A stretch of 32,000 nucleotides of DNA from positions 1 to 32,000 of the forward strand of contig CAIKMZ010000023.1 in NCBI GenBank assembly GCA_903828665.1, read 5' to 3'. Shown piece by piece: positions 1 through 5,726 of the stretch. Both the position numbers and the translations under genes were made by a program. Numbering within the stretch: the first letter of the stretch is position 1; each line of letters starts with the position of its first letter. Below the pieces are notes generated by a model. It was not told where the DNA came from, did no database searches, and saw nothing but the letters and a program-made list of their open reading frames with translations. This DNA comes from an uncultured beta proteobacterium. GTDB lineage: Bacteria > Pseudomonadota > Gammaproteobacteria > Burkholderiales > Burkholderiaceae_C.

Positions 1-689
1 ACCCAGCTGAGGAAGTCACAGCGCGTGAAACGCTGTCGATGTGTCGCCTTGTTTACGAGGCAAACAAGTCTCTGAATTCTGCGGAGTTCGCAACCTTCTG
101 TGAGGAGATCGGCTACAAGGATTACAGCAGCGTCATTCGCAAATTCATTGTCATCGGCAAAATTCAGCCTCGGCTGATTGCCTATGCTGATCGACTGCCG
201 GCGAGCTGGTCTAGCATCTACTCGCTCACGCAAATTCCCGCACAGGTCTTTGAGAACATGATTGAGATGAAACGGTCTTTCAAAGAAATGACCGTTTCAG
301 CGATCAATAAGCTTGTCAAGGAGACACGCGATCTCAACAATCTTGACGACATCATCAAGCCTGCGCTTCTTACGAGCGAGGAGAAGAGCGACAAGGTGCT
401 CGGCGCCACGGTCGTGGCGAGCATCTATTTCACGAAGATGCCTGACGATCTGGACTGGCACGCATTTGAGAAGGCGATGATGGAAGTTCAAGCGAACTTG
501 CCTGTGCGTGTTCAACTTCCGGCTGGGCTTATTGCAGCCTATAACAATCGCAAGGATAAGCGCTATAAGCAACTCAAGGCGACTCACGCGCCCAACCCGT
601 TCAAGCCTGAATCGTGGGATATGGGGCGCGAGGTCAGCGCTATGTCTCAAACTGCGCTGAATGACGTCGTGGAGCAGAAAGCAGCCTGA
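1..689 (+). CDS. Hypothetical mobile-element protein, probably 5'-truncated by the window edge
   Basis: The ORF-track ATG is at 39, but frame 3 has no stop back to position 3 and there is no Shine-Dalgarno before 39, so the gene may start upstream. TGA at 687-689, followed by a strong terminator. No family recognised with confidence. Confidence 0.7.
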   Translation, partial: PAEEVTARETLSMCRLVYEANKSLNSAEFATFCEEIGYKDYSSVIRKFIVIGKIQPRLIAYADRLPASWSSIYSLTQIPAQVFENMIEMKRSFKEMTVSAINKLVKETRDLNNLDDIIKPALLTSEEKSDKVLGATVVASIYFTKMPDDLDWHAFEKAMMEVQANLPVRVQLPAGLIAAYNNRKDKRYKQLKATHAPNPFKPESWDMGREVSAMSQTALNDVVEQKAA

Positions 690-702
690 TGAACTCGCTG
701 AG

Positions 703-731
703 AAAAAAGCCACCTTCGGGTGGCTTTTTTT
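703..731. terminator. Bidirectional intrinsic terminator between convergent genes
   Basis: A6 (703-708), stem GCCACC (709-714), loop TTCG, stem GGTGGC (719-724), then T7 (725-731). The symmetric A/T tracts let it serve both the plus gene ending at 689 and the minus gene ending at 750. Confidence 0.85.
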
Positions 732-749
732 GTTCCACGACGAACAATG

Positions 750-1352
750 TCACCCGAGCAACTCAACTGCAGAGCGCAGCATCGCCGGATTAACATCAAT
801 GTATTTCTGAGTCACAGCCAGCGATGAATGTCCTGCCAGGTCCATCAGCACTCGCACCGACACGCCCTTATTTGCCAGTTTCGTGATGAACGACCTGCGC
901 GAACTATGCGATGAACCGCCAGCGACCCCTGCACCCTTGTAGATGTAGTGAAAGTGCTGCGCCAGCGTTGACGCGCTAAAGCCTCTATTCGGCTCTTTTT
1001 GTGTCGTGAAAAGAGCACGGGTGGTGTCGGTCATCGTCACCGCCAGCAGGTCCCTCAGCTTGAAGCGTGTTTGCAGGTAGTTCCTTATTTCTTCCTGCGC
1101 TTTCTGTGACAGAACAACCGTCCGTCCCTTCGAGCCCTTGGTCTGTTCGGCAGCAAGCCTGATTTCCTCGACAATGCTGCCGTCCCTCGAAAGAACGTCG
1201 CACAAGCGAAGTGCAGCACATTCACCGACGCGCATCCCTGTCATATTCATAAGCACGAACATAGCGCGATTGCGCGTAGCGTGTTTGCGGCTTGCGATGT
1301 GGAGCAAGACTTTACGGATTTCTTTTTCGTTGAGCACTTTTGCTTCAGGCAT
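750..1352 (-). CDS. Tyrosine recombinase, catalytic domain only (200 aa, no N-terminal core-binding domain)
   Basis: Full catalytic set is readable: R41 (TGMRVGE), K72/K75 (TKGSKGRTV), H149-x-x-R152 (SSHSSRRSF), H175 (AGHSS), Y184 (TQKYI). AAGGAA Shine-Dalgarno lies 8 nt before the ATG at 1352. Confidence 0.9.
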   Translation of the reverse strand: MPEAKVLNEKEIRKVLLHIASRKHATRNRAMFVLMNMTGMRVGECAALRLCDVLSRDGSIVEEIRLAAEQTKGSKGRTVVLSQKAQEEIRNYLQTRFKLRDLLAVTMTDTTRALFTTQKEPNRGFSASTLAQHFHYIYKGAGVAGGSSHSSRRSFITKLANKGVSVRVLMDLAGHSSLAVTQKYIDVNPAMLRSAVELLG

Positions 1353-1367
1353 TGTTGGTTTCCTTTC

Positions 1368-1410
1368 AAATCAATCAATTCAGTAGTATTTATTCTGAAC
1401 CCATTGATTT
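1368..1410. promoter_or_regulatory. Imperfect palindrome (16-nt arms, 11-nt AT spacer) upstream of the recombinase start; candidate operator or recombination core site
   Basis: Left arm AAATCAATCAATTCAG (1368-1383), spacer TAGTATTTATT (1384-1394), right arm CTGAACCCATTGATTT (1395-1410). The reverse complement of the right arm, AAATCAATGGGTTCAG, matches the left arm at 13 of 16 positions. Confidence 0.4.
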
Positions 1411-1637
1411 AGTCGGACAATCCTTTTGGTTAAATATATATTCCCTATTAAATTCAATAGGTTAGCTGATAACCAAATCTTTTTGATATTCCCTTTGATT
1501 TCGAATTTCTGTCTTCCTGATCGTCTTTGCTGTTTGATCGAGCCTTTCATTTCGGACTTGTCAACACTAACTATTTCTGGGTATGGCTACGCTATTAAAG
1601 AGCCTGTAGCTCTTTTTGTCATCATCCAGGGGACCAA

Positions 1638-2207
1638 TCAGTCAGCAATGGATGGTTCAAAGCACTTCGGAACAAACACGTTGTCCCAATCAATACACTC
1701 GCGGTTAAGGTATTTGGCATGTTTGCTGATATATCCGAGCCAGCCCTGATTTCTATAGGGCTGAATATCTACTTGATCGCCTGACAATGGCGCATATCGC
1801 CAAGCATCACGCAACTTGCCTTCAAAGACGCTCATACGATCAGCCGGAACAGCGATAGCGCAGTGGTAATGGACACGACCACCACTATATAGTCCTTCAA
1901 TGATGGGAACCATCAACACACCTCGTCCTCTGCGAGTGACGTCATTGCCAAACAATAGCTTATTGAGCTTGAAGCGAAAGCAGCGGAAGCTTTTCTTTTG
2001 CAATTCAAGTATGTCCGCTTTGGTTGGAACCCAAAATGTTTCATCATTGCCCTCTTCGAGGCGTCTTATTCTTCTTGGATTGAATGTAAAAGTCACGGCA
2101 TGAGTGAAATGTCTATCAAATTGCATCAACCAGTCATAGTTCGCATCATTGAACTTTTGAATTGACTGGTCAAATTGATGATTTAGTTGTTCGGATAGAG
2201 TGCTCAT
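1638..2207 (-). CDS. HUH-motif Rep/relaxase-like protein (possibly the YagK/YfjJ, 'inovirus Gp2'-type family seen in genomic islands)
   Basis: Rolling-circle Rep motif order is readable: motif 1-like VTFTF (aa 38-42), HUH H113-Y114-H115 (nt 1863-1871, RVHYHCAIAV), and a tyrosine motif GY159ISKH. The family assignment is from memory and unverified. Confidence 0.6.
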   Translation of the reverse strand: MSTLSEQLNHQFDQSIQKFNDANYDWLMQFDRHFTHAVTFTFNPRRIRRLEEGNDETFWVPTKADILELQKKSFRCFRFKLNKLLFGNDVTRRGRGVLMVPIIEGLYSGGRVHYHCAIAVPADRMSVFEGKLRDAWRYAPLSGDQVDIQPYRNQGWLGYISKHAKYLNRECIDWDNVFVPKCFEPSIAD

Positions 2208-2331
2208 TCATATATTTATGCCATACCAAATAAAACCGTCAAATAACCAAATATTTCTGCAATAAATGGATAGGAATGAATTGGAGCAGGGAGCAATATA
2301 TCGACATTCATTAATAAACAGGAGAAATTGA

Positions 2332-2772
2332 ATGGGTGTTCTGTCTTCATTGAAGCTTGTTTCCGCAAAGCGTCCGTCAGCATTGCCGAGTGTTCAACTT
2401 CGGCGCAATAAACTGTGCGTCAAACTGATGGATCAAATTCTGCTTGCTAAGGCGCTTGCGGAAGGCAAGACATACGCACCGAAGCGTCTTCGCAATGTGC
2501 GTGACAGCGACACGGGAGCGATTGCGCAGGTGGAAGTGTCAAAGCGTGTTCGTCCGTGGTTCTTCACGGCAGACAGCGGCAAAGTGTGCGTACAGCTTCG
2601 CTATGGAAGTCGGACGATTGACTTTTCAAAGGGGAAGAACAGCGTAGAGATTTCGTCCAGCACAGAGTTGGTATCTGTGCTGGAGACCTTGAAATCAGCG
2701 GTTGAGACAGGTGAACTTGATGCTCAAATCGACGTGGCTGCGGAAGCTGTTAAGGCTAGGTTTAAGGCTTAA
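2332..2772 (+). CDS. Hypothetical protein (146 aa), island backbone
   Basis: CAGGAGA Shine-Dalgarno 6 nt before the ATG at 2332. Divergent from the Rep-like gene across an AT-rich 124-nt spacer. Resembles, from memory only, a conserved uncharacterised family found in proteobacterial islands. Confidence 0.75.
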   Translation: MGVLSSLKLVSAKRPSALPSVQLRRNKLCVKLMDQILLAKALAEGKTYAPKRLRNVRDSDTGAIAQVEVSKRVRPWFFTADSGKVCVQLRYGSRTIDFSKGKNSVEISSSTELVSVLETLKSAVETGELDAQIDVAAEAVKARFKA

Positions 2773-2839
2773 CACTGCCTAAGAAAAAACTTACGTAAAA
2801 AAGTAAAGGCGATATATAGTAGACATATCCCCATTATCC

Positions 2840-3427
2840 TTGATAAACAAAATGTCACCCAACCATACTGAAGCCCCCAGCTTTGAGATCGTTATTCTTT
2901 CGCTAGACTTGGCGGAAAACTGTATAGGTAACTTGGCTTGCTATAGCGCAGGATGGAAAGTAGAAAATAGTCAAAGACAATTGATTAATAACAATGATTT
3001 CTGGAAAAGAGCTAACGGGAACTTTTTGGATATGGCAACAATAGAATGGTGCAAATTGTTTTTGGATAAAAATAAAAATAAATCAGATTTTGCGGAATGC
3101 AACTGGAAGAACATATTCAAAAATCACGATGAATGGAGAAGTGATTTACTGACAAATATGTCAATCTCTCTCGGCGACTTCGAAAAAGCTGGAAAATCCA
3201 TCTTGGACTATAGAAACAAATACTTAGCTCATCGAGAAAGATCGTCGAAAGATTTATTCTATCCCAGGACAGATTTTATGCTGCAATCAACATTGCATTT
3301 GCATAAGATGCTACAAACGTGCTGTGAGGTAACAATACACAGCGGACAAATAACGATTGAAAAACACTATGACTACTGGCTTAATGAAGCACGCAATGAA
3401 ATATTGCGATCAGTCATTGGTAAATAA
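2840..3427 (+). CDS. HEPN-motif protein, AbiU2/AbiV-like candidate (hypothesis)
   Basis: R125-N-K-Y-L-A-H131 (nt 3212-3232) fits the HEPN Rx4-6H / RNxxxAH signature, with an upstream IEWCKLF segment. The gene is very AT-rich. The ORF-track start is TTG at 2840; ATG at 2852 (MSPNH...) is an alternative. TATAGT -10-like box near 2815. Confidence 0.6.
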   Translation: MINKMSPNHTEAPSFEIVILSLDLAENCIGNLACYSAGWKVENSQRQLINNNDFWKRANGNFLDMATIEWCKLFLDKNKNKSDFAECNWKNIFKNHDEWRSDLLTNMSISLGDFEKAGKSILDYRNKYLAHRERSSKDLFYPRTDFMLQSTLHLHKMLQTCCEVTIHSGQITIEKHYDYWLNEARNEILRSVIGK

Positions 3428-3430
3428 TAC

Positions 3431-4627
3431 CTATTTGGGAATTCTGATGTAACCCCAAAGCCCTGTTTTGTCCGAACCCGCCCTGACAGCCGCTAATCCT
3501 TCTGAAAAATCGAAAACATTCAAAATACCTTCCGTGCTAAAGACAGGGTTAATTACAAATTTTCCGTCTCTATTTATAAACCCGATTTTTCCAGTTTGTT
3601 CGTCTCCTATTTGAACCCGCGCAACCCCTTCTGAAAAATCGTGTGCTTCAGAAAATTGATACTGAATTACGACCTCACCTTTCGTATTGGCAAAACCATA
3701 TCGTATACCTGAATTCGTTTTGGATCTAACAACGGCAAGTCCCTCTTTAAAATTTGATCCGTATTCACTTAATCCATCCAGCACAATATATCCATTTCTA
3801 TTGATAAATTTAGAAAATGTGATATTTTGATTTTCCAGCGATTCAAACACAACTCTAGCAAATCCATTCGAAAAAGTATCGGCATATCTCCATCTGTATT
3901 TGTCAGCATAAGCAGTAGGTATCGATAGCTTAATGTTTTCATTCTTATCAATATAGACCCATTCTGGCTTTTCTTCTGTCCCTATGTTTACAGGAACAAG
4001 TCCTTCGCCGAAAGAACCGGCAGCTTGATATTTTGGATTAATTGCGAAATTTCCTTTTTTGTCTATGAACCCCCAAAGACCTGACGTTTTCCCGCCAACT
4101 TTCACAACCGCAAAACCATCCTTGAACTGATATGCCCAATAATAATTTGGATTAATTACGATTTTGCCTGTTTTATCTATATAACCCCACGATCCTGTTT
4201 CAGCATTACCAATGTGAACCGCCGCCAAGCCTTCGCTAAATCGACTTGCGGGTGAAATGGACAGGTCAGACTGCGAAAACTGAGGTTGAATTACAATTTT
4301 TCCGATTTTATTTATATAGCCCCATTTCCCCTCAGTATCACTCCCAATCTTTACCGCAGCCAATCCTTCTGCGAACATATCGACATCATCATATATTGCT
4401 TCTACAACAAGTTTCCCGGTTTTATTAATAAATCCTGATTTATGACTTTTTATATTACCAATCGATACTTTAGCCATTCCTTCGGAAAATGGAAGAGCCC
4501 TAAAGTATTTGGGCTCTATTTGAAATACCACACCATCTGCCGATGTTTGACAAAATGCTTGTCCATAACTAATGGATACACAGATATAAATTAAATTGCG
4601 CACTAATTTGGATAAGCTACTATTCAT
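3431..4627 (-). CDS. Secreted WG-repeat (KWG-type) protein
   Basis: About 9-10 tandem repeats of the type FSEGLAAV..G....WGYI(D/N)K.GK.VI.P.(Y/F). From ATG at 4627 the N-terminus MNSSLSKLVRNLIYICVSISYGQAFCQ looks like a signal peptide. The ORF-track start is GTG at 4750, which adds 41 residues with no obvious signal-peptide features. Confidence 0.85.
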   Translation of the reverse strand: MNSSLSKLVRNLIYICVSISYGQAFCQTSADGVVFQIEPKYFRALPFSEGMAKVSIGNIKSHKSGFINKTGKLVVEAIYDDVDMFAEGLAAVKIGSDTEGKWGYINKIGKIVIQPQFSQSDLSISPASRFSEGLAAVHIGNAETGSWGYIDKTGKIVINPNYYWAYQFKDGFAVVKVGGKTSGLWGFIDKKGNFAINPKYQAAGSFGEGLVPVNIGTEEKPEWVYIDKNENIKLSIPTAYADKYRWRYADTFSNGFARVVFESLENQNITFSKFINRNGYIVLDGLSEYGSNFKEGLAVVRSKTNSGIRYGFANTKGEVVIQYQFSEAHDFSEGVARVQIGDEQTGKIGFINRDGKFVINPVFSTEGILNVFDFSEGLAAVRAGSDKTGLWGYIRIPK

Positions 4628-4932
4628 TTTTGAACTTGACCATCTAAGATTGAAGGGTGGTATTTCTAGGATAGCTGCGTTTTTGACGACTAATTCGGTA
4701 GAAATGTGGTTGTCACTATATCCAACTGAGGCTTTTATCTTTAACAGCACCCTTCGTCAAGCTCAATTGCTGAAAGTTTGCCTAATAGCATCATATTTCT
4801 TGCTGGACTGGCACAGACACCACCGATGCTGTCGTCTATGGTGCGCCGAATGTGTTGAGCGTGACATCGACAAACAATGGTGACTGCCGCTATGGTAAAG
4901 ACTGACTCTCCGCGTGGGCGATAAATAGTCAT

Positions 4933-5220
4933 ATGCGCTTCTTTGAGTTCGCCGACATCAATCTCTCTTACCCAAGACCCACGACCTACAACAAGCGTGT
5001 TCCGACAACGCCCACTCCCGAGCCAGCCAAACGTGAGCAGTTGATCCGCAGCTTGACAGCGCAAATGACACGTGCTGCGAACACGCCTGTTCCGACGCAA
5101 AATGACATTAGGACAGCAATGGATCGTTTTGAGATGAACCAGAAGCGCTGCAACCTTGCGTTCCACGAGCGGCAGCGCCTGGCGATGCTTCGGGAAAAGA
5201 GTCGGACAAAAAAGCACTGA
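4933..5220 (+). CDS. Small hypothetical protein (95 aa)
   Basis: Protein-like composition, basic and helical at the C-terminus. The overlapping 158-aa minus ORF is Cys/Arg-rich and not protein-like. No clear Shine-Dalgarno. Confidence 0.4.
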   Translation: MRFFEFADINLSYPRPTTYNKRVPTTPTPEPAKREQLIRSLTAQMTRAANTPVPTQNDIRTAMDRFEMNQKRCNLAFHERQRLAMLREKSRTKKH

Positions 5221-5243
5221 GGCGTGTCAAATCCAGCGTAGAG

Positions 5244-5273
5244 CAAAAAAAATCAGCGCCGACTTGCGCTGAT
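5244..5273 (-). terminator. Intrinsic terminator read on the minus strand
   Basis: Stem ATCAGCGC (5252-5259), 6-nt loop, stem GCGCTGAT (5266-5273). An A-run at 5244-5252 on the plus strand gives a U-tract after the hairpin on the minus strand. It lies downstream of the 5413-5718 gene and glmS. Confidence 0.6.
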
Positions 5274-5412
5274 ATGCGTGATTGCAACAAATCGCTCAGC
5301 GGCGGTCCTCGCAGGTCCTATCTGTATTCGCCGCTGAACTGCCCCAGAACGACACAAGTGTTCCTCGTAGAACAAGCTCGGCAGCGCACAAACAATGACA
5401 TTTAGAAGGACG

Positions 5413-5718
5413 TCACATCACCACGATCTGGACGATTTCTCGTTTGGGCTTAGCGGAAAGACGATCTTCCCTGACCTTGCCTTTCTTGTAGATGCCAAAG
5501 ACGATCTCGGCAGTCAGTGTGAGTTCTGTCGGTGACTTGTAGCCTTCGCGGTCAAGCTGTTCGGCAATGGCTTTGAACGTGAGACTTTCTCGCACGTGCA
5601 GGATACAAATCTTGCGAAACAGGAGCTTTTGATAGTCTGTGTAGGGACGCTGGATGAGTTCTTTGACAGTGAGCTTGACGACGATCCGGACTCCAGATGC
5701 GTCGTCAAAATTACTCAC
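5413..5718 (-). CDS. Hypothetical 101-aa protein; segment resembles the 'recombinase' DNA-binding domain of large serine recombinases
   Basis: The only start is GTG at 5718, 8 nt after the glmS TAG, with no Shine-Dalgarno and no internal Met. The pattern LLFRKICILHVRESLTFKAIAEQLDREGYKSPT...IVFGIYKKG recalls the IF..y..G.S...IA..LN..G..tp motif. It could be a gene remnant. Confidence 0.45.
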   Translation of the reverse strand: MSNFDDASGVRIVVKLTVKELIQRPYTDYQKLLFRKICILHVRESLTFKAIAEQLDREGYKSPTELTLTAEIVFGIYKKGKVREDRLSAKPKREIVQIVVM

Positions 5719-5726
5719 TAGCTGAA

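Larger units (their letters stand above)
1..5726. mobile_element. Low-GC mosaic genomic island / integrated element abutting the glmS 3' end; left boundary outside window
   Basis: Composition changes within ~10 nt of the glmS TAG (5727-5729). Hand-counted 60-nt sample lines give 27-35% GC in the 2840-3427 gene, 35-48% in the 3431-4627 gene and ~73% in glmS. The ORFs are a recombinase, a Rep-like protein, hypotheticals, an HEPN-motif protein and a WG-repeat protein, none related to the flanking housekeeping genes. Confidence 0.7.

Noticed and set aside
1426-1749. 107-aa plus-strand ORF in the AT-rich spacer
   Set aside because: It has a TTG start, a hydrophobic low-complexity translation of AT-rich DNA, and runs antisense into the Rep-like gene.
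1469-2252. 10-nt direct repeat ATAACCAAAT (1469-1478 and 2243-2252) flanking the Rep-like gene as possible target-site or att repeats
   Set aside because: It is a single short match between two AT-rich spacers, which is plausible by chance. No extended similarity surrounds it.
750-2331. Fim-like invertible promoter switch controlled by the small recombinase
   Set aside because: I found no pair of matching inverted repeats flanking a segment, only the single palindrome at 1368-1410. It is kept as a hypothesis to test under the recombinase finding, not as a feature.
4741-5217. 158-aa minus-strand ORF between the WG-repeat gene and the junction
   Set aside because: The sequence is Cys/Arg-rich and not protein-like, and it overlaps the more plausible 95-aa plus-strand ORF. 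Neither is strongly supported.
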